A DNA stretch of 64,000 bases from an uncultured bacterium (GTDB taxonomy: Bacteria > Patescibacteriota > Saccharimonadia > Saccharimonadales > UBA4665): the NCBI GenBank assembly GCA_963815935.1, contig CAWFIL010000008.1, positions 162,088 through 226,087 on the forward strand, given 5' to 3'. A model generated the notes under the pieces. The model was not told the origin of the DNA. It saw only the letters and a program-made list of their open reading frames with translations, and did no database searches. This document shows, piece by piece, positions 18,717 to 28,372 of this stretch. The first letter of the stretch is position 1. The number at the start of each line of letters is the position of its first letter. The position numbers and the translations under genes are program-made.

Positions 18717-20237
18717 ATGCATATGGACCCAATTACCATAGTGCTCGCTGTGGCTGGGCTTGCTATTGGCTTTGGTACAAACACAGTACTGACCAAACGT
18801 AAGGTGGGGTCGGCCCAAGAACAGGCCGATAAAGAGCTTAGCAAAGCCAAGAAAGATTCCGCCAAGTTACTAGACGAAGCTAAAGACGAGGCAGCTAAGC
18901 TGGCTGATCAGACCAGAAAAGAAGAACAAACCAGGCGTCGTGAGTTCAAAGATATCGAGCAGCGTCTGGTTTCGCGTGAGGAGACCCTCGACCGTAAGTT
19001 TGACGATCTCGACAAGCGCAGCGAAAAACTCCGCAAGGGCGAATCTGAGGTAGAGGAACTGAAGGACGAAATCCGCAGTATCCGCCAAAAACAGCAAGAC
19101 AAGCTAGAAAAAATTGCCAAACTTACCAGGCAAGAAGCTGCCGAAAAACTCATGCAAATGACCGAGCGCGATATCAGCGATGATCTAACTGGTCTGGTTG
19201 CCAAGTTGCAAAACGAAGCCAAAGACAAGGCCGAAGACCAGGCCGCCGTTATTATTGCAACCGCCATGGAGCGCATGGCTAGCGAAGTAACTGCTGAGCG
19301 CACCGTTACTAGCGTCAAGTTGGAAGACGAAGAAATGAAGGGCCGCATTATTGGTAAGGAAGGTCGCAACATCCAAGCCTTGCAACGCGCGACTGGCGTG
19401 GATATTATGGTCGATGACACCCCTGGTTATGTGGTGCTCTCGAGCTTTGACCCGGTCCGGCGTGAAGTGGCCCGCCAGGCGCTTGAAATGCTCATGAAAG
19501 ATGGCCGCATCCACCCGGGTCGCATCGAGGAAGTTGTCGCCAAGGCGCAGAAGAACGTCGAAAAAGACGTTGTCCGCGCCGGTGAAGACGCCGCCCGTGA
19601 AGTTGGTGTTATTGGTATCCCCAAGGAATTGCTGCACTTGCTCGGTGAGCTTAAGTACCGTACTACTTACGGCCAGAATGTGCTCAAGCACAGTACCGAG
19701 ATGGCTCACATGGCTGGCATGATTGCCGAGGAACTTGGTGCCAACGTTAAGGTGACCAAATACGCTACACTGATGCACGATATGGGCAAGGCGCTTACCC
19801 ACAAGATCGAAGGCAAACATCACCACATTAGCGGTGAAATGCTTCGTAAGTATGGTGCCCCTGAAGAGGTCGCCCTGGCCGCTGAACAGCACCACGATGA
19901 CATGGAGGCTACATCTGTCGAAGCGCTCATTGTCCGCGTGGTTGATGCTATTAGCGCATCGCGCCCTGGTGCTCGCAACATTTCTGCCGAAAACTTTGTA
20001 GAACGCATGAAAGAACTAGAGAACGTTGCCAACAGCTTTAACGGTATCGAGAAGTCCTACGCTATCTCGGCCGGCCGCGAAGTCCGTGTGTTTGTTAGGC
20101 CGCAGTCGATTGACGACCTGGCTGCCATTCGCTTGGCCCGTGATATTGCAACCAAGATTGAGTCGACCATGCAGTACCCTGGTACCATCAAGGTCAACGT
20201 TATCCGCGAGACTCGCGCCATAGAATTCGCTAAGTAA
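18717..20237 (+). CDS. rny: Ribonuclease Y
   Basis: N-terminal TM helix, long K/E-rich coiled coil, KH motif GRIIGKEGRNIQAL, and HD domain LMHDMGKAL...HH. Confidence 0.95.
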   Translation: MHMDPITIVLAVAGLAIGFGTNTVLTKRKVGSAQEQADKELSKAKKDSAKLLDEAKDEAAKLADQTRKEEQTRRREFKDIEQRLVSREETLDRKFDDLDKRSEKLRKGESEVEELKDEIRSIRQKQQDKLEKIAKLTRQEAAEKLMQMTERDISDDLTGLVAKLQNEAKDKAEDQAAVIIATAMERMASEVTAERTVTSVKLEDEEMKGRIIGKEGRNIQALQRATGVDIMVDDTPGYVVLSSFDPVRREVARQALEMLMKDGRIHPGRIEEVVAKAQKNVEKDVVRAGEDAAREVGVIGIPKELLHLLGELKYRTTYGQNVLKHSTEMAHMAGMIAEELGANVKVTKYATLMHDMGKALTHKIEGKHHHISGEMLRKYGAPEEVALAAEQHHDDMEATSVEALIVRVVDAISASRPGARNISAENFVERMKELENVANSFNGIEKSYAISAGREVRVFVRPQSIDDLAAIRLARDIATKIESTMQYPGTIKVNVIRETRAIEFAK

Positions 20238-20252
20238 TACCGAATTGCCAAC

Positions 20253-20807
20253 ATGAAGCCAACCAGACCCATAGCCTTTGTCATGCTCGGTTTTCCGGGC
20301 TCTGGCAAGAGCTACATTGCGGCCTGGTTGGCTACGGTAACCGGTGCAGTCCACCTACGTGCCGATGATATGCGGGTAGCAATGTTCGGCGAAGAACGGC
20401 TTGAACACCACAAGAACTGGCGATACCAACAGCAAGTCCATGGAGCTATGCACTATGCAGCTACGCAGGTGCTGCAGGCTGGCGCATCGGTTATTTATGA
20501 TGCCAACCACAACTCGGCCATGAGCCGACAGCCAATTGCCCGTATTGCCCGTGAAGCTCAGGCGCTGCCGATTCTGGTCTGGGCCAAGGCGCCGCTGGCC
20601 CTTGCCAAACAGCGAGTCTTGGACCGCGAAGCGGCGGGTGGCCACAAGGTGTTTGAGCCTGATTTCGTGGAACGGATGGCCGCACACCTGGAGCCGCCTA
20701 AGGAGCATGAACTGGTCATCGAGCTGGATGGCACTGCCTCACAGACAGACCAACAGGCTGCCTTTACGCAGCAATTAGCAAAAATAATGGCTGAGCAAGT
20801 ACAATAG
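20253..20807 (+). CDS. P-loop kinase (AAA_33 / polynucleotide-kinase-like family)
   Basis: Walker A GFPGSGKSYIA, then LRADDMR and IYDANHNS...R, the pattern of small P-loop kinases. Confidence 0.7.
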   Translation: MKPTRPIAFVMLGFPGSGKSYIAAWLATVTGAVHLRADDMRVAMFGEERLEHHKNWRYQQQVHGAMHYAATQVLQAGASVIYDANHNSAMSRQPIARIAREAQALPILVWAKAPLALAKQRVLDREAAGGHKVFEPDFVERMAAHLEPPKEHELVIELDGTASQTDQQAAFTQQLAKIMAEQVQ

Positions 20808-20812
20808 AAGCA

Positions 20813-21421
20813 ATGATCAAGGTTGTATTGTTTGACTTTGGTGGCGTGCTGACAGAGAGCGGCCGCTCCGGGTTTATTACTGATACTGTCGCCGAGCTGT
20901 ATGGCGTAGATCCGGCGAGTCTGGATATTGGGCAATATCACGCCGAACTCCGTCGCGGCCGCGGCGACGAAGACGAACTCTTCGAGCGTCTCAACCAGAA
21001 ATACAGCAAACACGTTACCAAACAGATGTTCCTGGACCGTATGCACCAGAGCTTTGTGCCGTCGCCAGGCGTCTACAATCTGGCCAAAAAGCTTCGCGAG
21101 CATGGCATTGGAACGGGTATTCTGTCTAATATCTTTGCTATGAATGCCCGGATACTGGAAGGGCAGGGCTGGTATGACGGCTTTGACCCGGTCATCCTGT
21201 CGTGCGACGAAGGCTATGCCAAACCCGACAAAGAATTCTACGAAATTGCCTTGCGTAAGGTAGGCGTGCCCGCCAGCGACATCCTGTTTGTAGACGACCA
21301 AGAAAAATGCCTTGGCCCAGCCCGAGGGTTTGGTATGCAAGTGGTCGAGGCTAAAAATCCAGACCAAATCGTCTGTGACGTAAAAGCGGCGATTATGTCT
21401 GCGAATGGTATTGCACTGTAA
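20813..21421 (+). CDS. HAD-superfamily hydrolase
   Basis: Motif I VLFDFGGVL, motif II GILSN, and motif IV FVDD. Confidence 0.8.
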   Translation: MIKVVLFDFGGVLTESGRSGFITDTVAELYGVDPASLDIGQYHAELRRGRGDEDELFERLNQKYSKHVTKQMFLDRMHQSFVPSPGVYNLAKKLREHGIGTGILSNIFAMNARILEGQGWYDGFDPVILSCDEGYAKPDKEFYEIALRKVGVPASDILFVDDQEKCLGPARGFGMQVVEAKNPDQIVCDVKAAIMSANGIAL

Positions 21422-21450
21422 GTACGCTTCAAACGAGTTACAATAGAATC

Positions 21451-21660
21451 ATGAACAGCGATACACCAACGCCTCCACCACCACAAGACGACATCGGGCA
21501 GTCGGCTGACCAGCTTTCGCAAAACCTGGAAAACGCCACCAACGGCGTCGACGATATCGCCAACAATCTTGAGCAGATAGTCGAGAAAGGCATTAGCCAA
21601 GCCGAAGACAAGCTCGATGGCTTCCTAAAGAGCCTCGATAACTTTCTGGGTAAGTTCTAG
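21451..21660 (+). CDS. Small acidic hypothetical protein (69 aa)
   Basis: The ORF fills the gap between flanking genes. A Pro-rich N-terminus is followed by an amphipathic acidic helix. No family recognised. Confidence 0.4.
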   Translation: MNSDTPTPPPPQDDIGQSADQLSQNLENATNGVDDIANNLEQIVEKGISQAEDKLDGFLKSLDNFLGKF

Positions 21661-21663
21661 CGA

Positions 21664-22251
21664 ATGCACACCGAAATAGAGGCCAAGTTCCTAGATATTG
21701 ACCATGATGCTATGCGCTCCAAGCTCAAGGAAATCGGAGCAGAGCTTGTAGCGCCCATCCGCCAGATGCACCGGGTCAACTATGACGTGCCCACCCGCAA
21801 GCGTGCCTGGGTGAGGGTGCGCGACGAAGACGACAAAGTCACTCTGACCTACAAACAGTTGGACGACCGTAGTCTACACGGTACCAAAGAGGTCGACCTG
21901 ACGGTAGATAGCTTTGAGCAAGCTGAGGCTTTCTTGCAGGCAATTGGCCTACCGCCCAAAACCGACCAACAAACTACCCGTGAGAGTTGGAAGTTGGGCG
22001 ATGTCGAAATTGAACTGGACGAATGGCCTTGGATCCGCCCGTTCCTGGAAATAGAAGGTCCGGATGAGCAGTCTGTTCGCAATGTAGCCGGCCAGTTGGG
22101 GCTTGATTGGGCCAAAGCCGTCCACGGCAGCGTAGAAATTGCCTACCAAGCGGAGTACGACGTGACCGACGAAGACATCAACACAATCCCTGTGATTCAC
22201 TTTGGGCCAGTTCCCGAATGGTTAGCCAAGCGGCGAAAGGAGCAAGCATGA
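21664..22251 (+). CDS. CYTH (triphosphate tunnel metalloenzyme) domain protein
   Basis: N-terminal EIEAKF motif (MHTEIEAKFLDI) and alternating charged beta strands. 195 aa. Confidence 0.75.
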   Translation: MHTEIEAKFLDIDHDAMRSKLKEIGAELVAPIRQMHRVNYDVPTRKRAWVRVRDEDDKVTLTYKQLDDRSLHGTKEVDLTVDSFEQAEAFLQAIGLPPKTDQQTTRESWKLGDVEIELDEWPWIRPFLEIEGPDEQSVRNVAGQLGLDWAKAVHGSVEIAYQAEYDVTDEDINTIPVIHFGPVPEWLAKRRKEQA

Positions 22252-23045
22252 ACATCTTATACATCGGCGACGTAATGGCCGAACCTGGCATTAATCTGGT
22301 AGAGAAGTTGTTGCCCGGATTGCGGTCGGAGTATAACGTTGACTTGGCCATTGCCCAGGCCGAGAACCTGTCCGAAGGCAAGGGCATCATGTTGCTGGAC
22401 TTTAACCGTCTACGCAAAGCGGGCGTGGATTTTTGCACCGGTGGCAACCACTCATTTTTCCGCAAGGACATCTTTGCCCAGCTAAACGATCCCAACGTGC
22501 CGATTATCCGCCCGGCCAACTACCCAGTCGGCACGCCTGGCTTGGGCTACAAATACGTGAATACCACCAAGGGCGACGTCTTGGTAATCAGTTTGCTTGG
22601 CAAGATTGTGGGCAAAGACGCCGACCTACCCGTTGACAACCCGCTCAAAGTTGTCGACGCCATCCTGGAAAAAGAAAAACACACCAAGCATGTGGCCACA
22701 GTTATTAACTTCCACGGTGACTACAGCAGCGAGAAGCGGATCATCGGCTACTACCTAGACGGCCGCGTAACCGCCGTGATTGGCGACCACTGGCACATCC
22801 AGACAGCTGACGCTGATGTATTGCCCAAGGGTACTGCCCACATCACCGACGTTGGTATGTGTGGCTCGCTTGACTCGTCTTTGGGTGTGGCCTTCAACAG
22901 CCTCATTCCGCGCTGGCGTGATGGCTACCAAACCCGCAACGTGTTGGAGTACGAAGGCCGTATGCAGTTTAACGCCCTGCTAATAACCGTGGACGAAGTA
23001 ACTGGCCTGGCCACCAAAGCCGAGGCGATCCGCAAGATTCTGTAA
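22248..23045 (+). CDS. ymdB: YmdB-family metallophosphoesterase (2',3'-cyclic-nucleotide phosphodiesterase type)
   Basis: ATG 22248 overlaps the upstream stop (ATGA). Motifs MNILYIGDVMAEPG, GGNH, NFHGD and GDHWH. Confidence 0.88.
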   Translation: MNILYIGDVMAEPGINLVEKLLPGLRSEYNVDLAIAQAENLSEGKGIMLLDFNRLRKAGVDFCTGGNHSFFRKDIFAQLNDPNVPIIRPANYPVGTPGLGYKYVNTTKGDVLVISLLGKIVGKDADLPVDNPLKVVDAILEKEKHTKHVATVINFHGDYSSEKRIIGYYLDGRVTAVIGDHWHIQTADADVLPKGTAHITDVGMCGSLDSSLGVAFNSLIPRWRDGYQTRNVLEYEGRMQFNALLITVDEVTGLATKAEAIRKIL

Positions 23046-23059
23046 CAACCGCTCCATTC

Positions 23060-23088
23060 TTGCTTATTTAGCAGTAAAGCGCTATAAT
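23060..23088 (+). promoter_or_regulatory. Candidate promoter for tRNA-Pro(TGG)
   Basis: TTGCTT, 17 nt spacer, TATAAT. It ends 13 nt before the tRNA 5' end. Confidence 0.55.
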
Positions 23089-23101
23089 CGTATCTGTTTT
23101 A

Positions 23102-23178
23102 CGGGGTGTGGCGCAGTTGGCTAGCGCGCGCGGTTTGGGACCGCGAGGTCGAAGGTTCGAGTCCTTTCACCCCGACCA
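23102..23178 (+). tRNA. tRNA-Pro (anticodon TGG), CCA encoded
   Basis: Acceptor CGGGGTG/CACCCCG and anticodon arm CGCGG-TTTGGGA-CCGCG. Confidence 0.92.
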
Positions 23179-23185
23179 AGAAAAA

Positions 23186-23215
23186 AGAGTTACTAAACGG
23201 TAGCTCTTTTTTCTT
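23186..23215 (+). terminator. Rho-independent terminator after tRNA-Pro(TGG)
   Basis: Stem AGAGTTAC/GTAGCTCT followed by TTTTTCTTT. Confidence 0.65.
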
Positions 23216-23435
23216 TATCTAAGCGCATAAAGAGAGGCAGTGGTCCAATTCATGGTATAATTACACAACTTTGTCGATCGTATGACCTCAAAGCACATTG
23301 ACAAACAGACAGACACAAGGTGGACAACGAGTACATGAACGAAATCATGTATTGGTTGTCCATCTTTGTGCTATCAGAATGCACACTCTCTCTGTTAAGG
23401 GAGCATCATTGAAGATGGGGAAGTGAGGTATTGCC

Positions 23436-23963
23436 GTGTTTGGAATAGGGGTTGCCATCGTGGCCGCCCTCGTCGTACTCGCGATACTCGTAGCTGGCCT
23501 GATTATCTGGCGCCGGCTCACGGATCCGTCGCGTACGACCGAGGAGCCCCGGGCAACAATCGAGAGCTGCGTCTCTCCCGACCAGCAAGCTGCCATGCTC
23601 AGTTTCGTGACAAACGTACTGGGTTACGGCACCGACGCTGAGCACTTCAGCAAGCTGCGGGCGCGACTTCTGAACGACTGCGACCCGTACCTGATCGCGC
23701 AACACATCGAGCACGTCCGGATCGGTCACCACATACCTGTGCCCGAGCAGATGACGTTCGGCGAGCGCCGGTTGCTCACAAAGATTCTCGAGGGGAACAT
23801 CCTGCTGCAGGTAGCCTGTGCGCGTTCGGCCACCTTCCTGGACAGTCTTGCCGAGCGGTGCCGCATGGCAATCGATGCAGGCGAGTCGATCCCCGAGGAC
23901 CTCGTCCCCGACCAGTCGGTCGTCGATGCGTACCTCAACTTGGAGCGGGCATTGTTCGGCTGA
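23436..23963 (+). CDS. Orphan hypothetical protein with an N-terminal TM helix; markedly GC-rich, with GC3-rich codons
   Basis: 175 aa with a GTG start. Third codon positions are mostly G or C, unlike the neighbours. It is flanked by about 250 nt of non-coding, AT-richer DNA on each side. Confidence 0.55.
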   Translation: MFGIGVAIVAALVVLAILVAGLIIWRRLTDPSRTTEEPRATIESCVSPDQQAAMLSFVTNVLGYGTDAEHFSKLRARLLNDCDPYLIAQHIEHVRIGHHIPVPEQMTFGERRLLTKILEGNILLQVACARSATFLDSLAERCRMAIDAGESIPEDLVPDQSVVDAYLNLERALFG

Positions 23964-24194
23964 GTCGCCGATTCAATCTTCGTCCGATCCCGCGATGATG
24001 GGGCCACAAACAGAGAGAAGAGTACAGAGTTGGTGTATATCTGACCGGCATTTGCCGATCTATCCACCTCTGTATTGTTCTGTCTGTTTGTATCCTCTCC
24101 ACGTTTTTTTGACACTATCGAATAATTCAAGTATCGTCGAGCGTCGGGTCATTTTCTTTGACATCGGCAGAATGGACGATGGTATACTCACCCT

Positions 24195-26003
24195 ATGTCG
24201 TCCACATTTACTGCCCGCGACCGAGAGGTCGCCCGTGCTACCCACAAACTCTTTTGGCGAGCCAATGGCGAAGATCGCCCAACCTTTATAATTTGGTTGC
24301 TAACACGCCCCGCCGCCTTACTGGTGTATAACGTACTTATCCCGCTGGAAGTCGCCTACGGCCTTCAAGCGATCGTCACCAGGCACTTTGACCAAGTCGG
24401 ACACTACGCGCTGCTAGTGTTGCTGCTTGGCGTGTTGTATAGCGTGCTGTGGGCGGTAGGTGGCGTTGCTATCTGCCGAAACGGCCGGGAAGGTACGGCT
24501 TACATTCAGCGTGAGGTATTTGGGAACTACCTGGGCAAAGATTACGAGTTCTTTAACAACACGTTTTTGGGCACCTTGGGTGCCCAGGCTACCAGACTCA
24601 AAGACGCCTACAACGAATATTCTATTCTTGTGCTGAATGGTGTGACCAAGCAGCTGATCTTGGTCGTAACCAGTATTAGTATTATTGCTTGGCACTCGTG
24701 GCTGCTGGCGGTAGTTACGGTTGTTAGCATGATTTTGGTGCTGAGCTTTACGATCGCTACTGGCAAGTGGCGCCTAAAGTATCGCCGGCTGCTGAGCGAA
24801 GCAAATAGTGACCTGGCTGGCGTGGTAGGCGATGCCCTCGGGCATGGTGTGACCGTCAAAAGCTTTGCTGCCGAAGATTACGAGAAAGAGCGGCTCAATA
24901 TTTCGCTCAAAAAACAGGTGCACTTGCAGTATTTGTCTTGGATGACGTCGATTCCTGCAGACGTTGGTCGAATGTTGCTGACAGCTGCCGCTACGGCGAT
25001 ATTGCTACTGCTGACAGCACGATTGTACCAACAGCACGCCATTACGATCGCAATTGTGGTCTTGGTACAGCTGTATGTGATTAAGTTGGTGAACGCTACC
25101 CAGGAAATTGCCGATATGATCAAGTCGTACGAGGCGATCATGAGCGGCGCTCACCAGGCAGTAAAAACAATGTTGCTTCGGTCGACGATTGTCGATCCGG
25201 TCAGGCCAGAGCGTCTGCCAAAGAGCACCAAGCTCGACGTAGCACTGCACGACGTAGTGTATCGCTACGACGATGCACCTGATGGCGTCGCTGCTATTAA
25301 AGATTTTGATTTGCAGATAGAGCAGGGCGAGAAAGTTGGCTTTGTCGGCTACTCGGGCAGCGGCAAAACCACGCTGACCAAGCTGCTGCTGCGCTTTATG
25401 GACATCTCCGAAGGAAGCATTACAGTCAGTGGTGTCGACATCCGGGACATGTCCCAAAAAGACTTGCGTTCGCGGATTGCTTACGTGCCCCAAGAACCGC
25501 TGTTATTCCACCGCAGCATTGCCGACAACATTGCATACGGTAAGCCGAGTGCTAACAAAGCAGCAATACATCAGGCAGGCAAGACTGCATTCGTTGACGA
25601 GTTTGTTGGCGAGCTGTCGCATGGCTACGACACCATGGTTGGTGAAAAAGGCGTAAAACTATCCGGGGGCCAGCGCCAACGGGTGGCCATTGCCCGGGCT
25701 TTGCTAAAAGACGCGCCTATCCTGGTGCTCGACGAAGCTACCAGTGCGCTCGATAGTCGCAGCGAACAGTACATCCAAAAAGCGCTGTGGCGGCTAATGA
25801 AAGGTCGTACTGCCCTGGTTATTGCGCACCGCCTAAGCACCATTCAGCGCATGGACCGAATCGTGGTTATGGACAAAGGTCGCATTATCGAGGTAGGCAC
25901 ACACGAAGAATTGCTCAAGAAGCCCAAGGGCATTTACGCCAAATTATGGGCCCACCAGAGCGGTGGCTATATAGTTCCTGCCGACACTACAGACGCAGCT
26001 TAA
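24195..26003 (+). CDS. ABC exporter, fused permease/ATPase (MsbA/MdlB-like)
   Basis: Six-TM N-terminal domain, Walker A GYSGSGKTT, signature LSGGQRQR, and Walker B ILVLDEATSALD. Confidence 0.92.
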   Translation: MSSTFTARDREVARATHKLFWRANGEDRPTFIIWLLTRPAALLVYNVLIPLEVAYGLQAIVTRHFDQVGHYALLVLLLGVLYSVLWAVGGVAICRNGREGTAYIQREVFGNYLGKDYEFFNNTFLGTLGAQATRLKDAYNEYSILVLNGVTKQLILVVTSISIIAWHSWLLAVVTVVSMILVLSFTIATGKWRLKYRRLLSEANSDLAGVVGDALGHGVTVKSFAAEDYEKERLNISLKKQVHLQYLSWMTSIPADVGRMLLTAAATAILLLLTARLYQQHAITIAIVVLVQLYVIKLVNATQEIADMIKSYEAIMSGAHQAVKTMLLRSTIVDPVRPERLPKSTKLDVALHDVVYRYDDAPDGVAAIKDFDLQIEQGEKVGFVGYSGSGKTTLTKLLLRFMDISEGSITVSGVDIRDMSQKDLRSRIAYVPQEPLLFHRSIADNIAYGKPSANKAAIHQAGKTAFVDEFVGELSHGYDTMVGEKGVKLSGGQRQRVAIARALLKDAPILVLDEATSALDSRSEQYIQKALWRLMKGRTALVIAHRLSTIQRMDRIVVMDKGRIIEVGTHEELLKKPKGIYAKLWAHQSGGYIVPADTTDAA

Positions 26004-26767
26004 CGCTCGCTAGCAAGCAGAGCGTCAAGTTCGTCGTAACTGTCAAAGATAATATCCGGTGGGGTATCCAGGGCGGCCAGTTGGTCGCGACTGTAGCGGG
26101 TGGCGATTGCCAGTGTGTACAGGCCAGCGGCTTTAGCGGAGGCAACACCGCGCGGGTCGTCTTCGAAAGCGGCAACATACGCCCGCGTTTCTTCGGGCAG
26201 GCCGAGTACACCAAATGCCAGGTTAAACGGTTCAGGATCGGGCTTGGGATGTGTAAACCGCTCACGGGAGATAATCTTTTTGTCAGGGAAGTAGGGCGCA
26301 AAACCGTTCATTTCAAAGAAGACGTCTATGTCGCGGCGGCAAGCAGTACTAGCCACTGACATGCTAATGCCACGCAATGCCATGCCCTGTACAAAGCGTA
26401 GCGCGCCCGGTACCTCACGCGCCTGGGTGCGTAGTAATTCTTCGTGCAAGTTGTCCTTGAGGTCTACGATTTCAAGGAGTAGTGGATGCGCCAGGTCTAC
26501 GTCGCGGTCGGGTGTTTCGCCGGCCATGATCAGCATTTGCCAGACGGCGGCGTGCAGCGTGTGTTGTTTTGCCTCGCGAAAGGCTAGACTGCTCTGTTCG
26601 GGTGTAAAGGCAATGAGGCCAGGGCTTTGAACGCGTTGGCCAACGGCATGGGCTGCCGCCAAGCGCGATTGTTCGTGCAAACCAAAAGAAGTACCGTCAG
26701 GATGGTTGTCGAGTAGGGTTTCGTCGACGTCGAAGACGGCGCCACGCAGGTCGGAGTACTTAAGCAT
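26000..26767 (-). CDS. HAD-superfamily hydrolase (beta-phosphoglucomutase-like subfamily)
   Basis: Motif I VFDVDETLLDN and a late FEDD motif. Its stop overlaps the convergent ABC gene stop (TTAA). Confidence 0.8.
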   Translation of the reverse strand: MLKYSDLRGAVFDVDETLLDNHPDGTSFGLHEQSRLAAAHAVGQRVQSPGLIAFTPEQSSLAFREAKQHTLHAAVWQMLIMAGETPDRDVDLAHPLLLEIVDLKDNLHEELLRTQAREVPGALRFVQGMALRGISMSVASTACRRDIDVFFEMNGFAPYFPDKKIISRERFTHPKPDPEPFNLAFGVLGLPEETRAYVAAFEDDPRGVASAKAAGLYTLAIATRYSRDQLAALDTPPDIIFDSYDELDALLASER

Positions 26768-26796
26768 GGGATAAAGTATAAGCCACGCATCTAAAA

Positions 26797-26819
26797 AGAC
26801 CAGCCGTGTAGGCTGGTCT
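26797..26819 (-). terminator. Hairpin terminator between the MFS and HAD genes
   Basis: AGACCAGCC-gtgta-GGCTGGTCT, flanked by A and T runs. Confidence 0.6.
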
Positions 26820-26841
26820 TTTGCTGCAAAGCGGAGTTTAG

Positions 26842-28320
26842 CTAAACGCCAGGAATGGCAGCTAGTGACTCGGCTTCGGTCTCGGCCTCTTGGTCGAGGT
26901 CGTCCTTAGTGGCCTTGTGGACCTTTAGGATGGTTAGAGCAACCAGGCTGGCGGCTATAGCAAAGAATGCTGCAGCCAGGAACCCGCGCTGGAAGCCGTG
27001 TACGGTTGCGGTCAGCATGGCTGACGGTGCGCCGTGTGCGGCGGCGATGTCGCTCTTGGTGACTGAGGTCGAAATAACACTCAGCACGGCCAAGCCGATT
27101 GCACCACCGATTTGCTGGCCAGCGTTAAGCAGGCCAGATACCAAGCCAGACTCTTCGTGCGAGATACCACTGGTAGTCACCATGGTTACGGTTACGAAGA
27201 CGGCAGCCATACCGCTTGCCATCAGGGCAATGCCGGGTAGGATGTCGGTCAGGTAGTTGGCGTGTACTGGAATCCGGGCGAAGTACAGCAACCCGGCAGC
27301 TACTACAAGTGGTGCGATAGTCAGGACTGCCTTGGGATTAATCTTAGCCAGGCGGCTAGATAGTACACCGGCAACGGCAATCAGGACTAGTGTGAACGGT
27401 ACATCCGCGGCACCAGTCTTGGTTGGCGAGTATTGCAGAACTTGCTGCAAATAGATCGACAGGTAAAAGAACATGCCGAATAGCGCAGCTGGCATCAGCA
27501 CCTGCATAATGCTACCACCTGTAACATTGCGGCGACGGAAAATGCTGAGCTTGACTAACGGGTGCCGGACGGTCGACTCGATAACCCCGAAGGCAATCAG
27601 CAAGGCAGCCGCTACGCCGAAGAAACCAAGGGTTGCGCTGCTGCCCCAGCCCTTTTCGGGGGCTTGAGCTAGTGCGTATACCAAGCTCATCAGGCCACCA
27701 GTAACGGTGACTGCGCCCGCATAGTCGATGCGTTGTTTTTCGCTTGGCTTACTCTTTGGTACGTACGACATTGCGCTTACGAGTACGGCAATTGCAATGG
27801 GGATATTGATAAAGAAGATCCAGCGCCAGTCAACGTACTGGGTAAGGACGCCACCGAGCAACAGACCGACGGCGCCACCACCACCGGAGATCATGCTCCA
27901 GATACCAAGTGCGCGATTACGCTCCTGGCCTTCCTTAAAGATGGTCAGCACTAGTGATAGCGCTGAGGGTGCCAACAGTGCACCACCGAGCCCCTGTAGA
28001 GAGCGGAATGCAATCATCTGGGTCGGGTTTTGCGAGAAACCGGCGGCCATAGACGCGAGTGCGAATAGGGCAACGCCGGCGATAAAGATACGCCGCCTAC
28101 CAAAGAGGTCGGACAAGCGTCCACCTAGCAACAAAAAACCACCAAAGACCAGCGCATATGCCGTGACCACCCATTGTAGCTGCGAGTCGGTGGTGAAGCC
28201 GAGCGCCTTCTGGATAGCGGGCAGGGCAACGTTTACGATGGTCGCATCGAGGATCACCATAAACTGCGCAGCAGCCAAGACGGCAAGTGCTAGCCCCTTA
28301 TGTCTTACTTTTTCAATCAT
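26842..28320 (-). CDS. MFS transporter, DHA2 (EmrB/QacA-like, 14-TM) drug:proton antiporter
   Basis: 492 aa with about 14 TM helices and LGGRLSDLFGRRR (motif A). Confidence 0.88.
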   Translation of the reverse strand: MIEKVRHKGLALAVLAAAQFMVILDATIVNVALPAIQKALGFTTDSQLQWVVTAYALVFGGFLLLGGRLSDLFGRRRIFIAGVALFALASMAAGFSQNPTQMIAFRSLQGLGGALLAPSALSLVLTIFKEGQERNRALGIWSMISGGGGAVGLLLGGVLTQYVDWRWIFFINIPIAIAVLVSAMSYVPKSKPSEKQRIDYAGAVTVTGGLMSLVYALAQAPEKGWGSSATLGFFGVAAALLIAFGVIESTVRHPLVKLSIFRRRNVTGGSIMQVLMPAALFGMFFYLSIYLQQVLQYSPTKTGAADVPFTLVLIAVAGVLSSRLAKINPKAVLTIAPLVVAAGLLYFARIPVHANYLTDILPGIALMASGMAAVFVTVTMVTTSGISHEESGLVSGLLNAGQQIGGAIGLAVLSVISTSVTKSDIAAAHGAPSAMLTATVHGFQRGFLAAAFFAIAASLVALTILKVHKATKDDLDQEAETEAESLAAIPGV

Positions 28321-28372
28321 TAATGAGCCTCCTGCTCGTGATTAGTTGAGGTTACAAAGTAATAGTATATAT

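Noticed and set aside
20558-21367. Long antisense ORFs lie opposite confirmed genes. Examples are 20558-21367(-), 19185-19895(-), 5291-5833(-), 27728-28345(+), 48014-48640(-), 58662-59198(-) and 25005-25493(-).
   Set aside because: Each lies entirely opposite a gene with strong family motifs (kinase/HAD, rny, comEC, MFS, glyA, enolase-family, ABC). Their products are low-complexity and R/S/A-rich. They look like stop-poor shadow frames, not genes.
23301-24091. A 13-nt inverted repeat (ACAAACAGACAGA and its complement) flanks the GC-rich orphan ORF. I considered it as terminal inverted repeats of a mobile element.
   Set aside because: I estimate roughly one 13-mer inverted match within 1 kb is expected by chance in 64 kb. 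The repeat is low-complexity, and there is no transposase or target-site duplication. I kept it only as a caveat inside the island finding.
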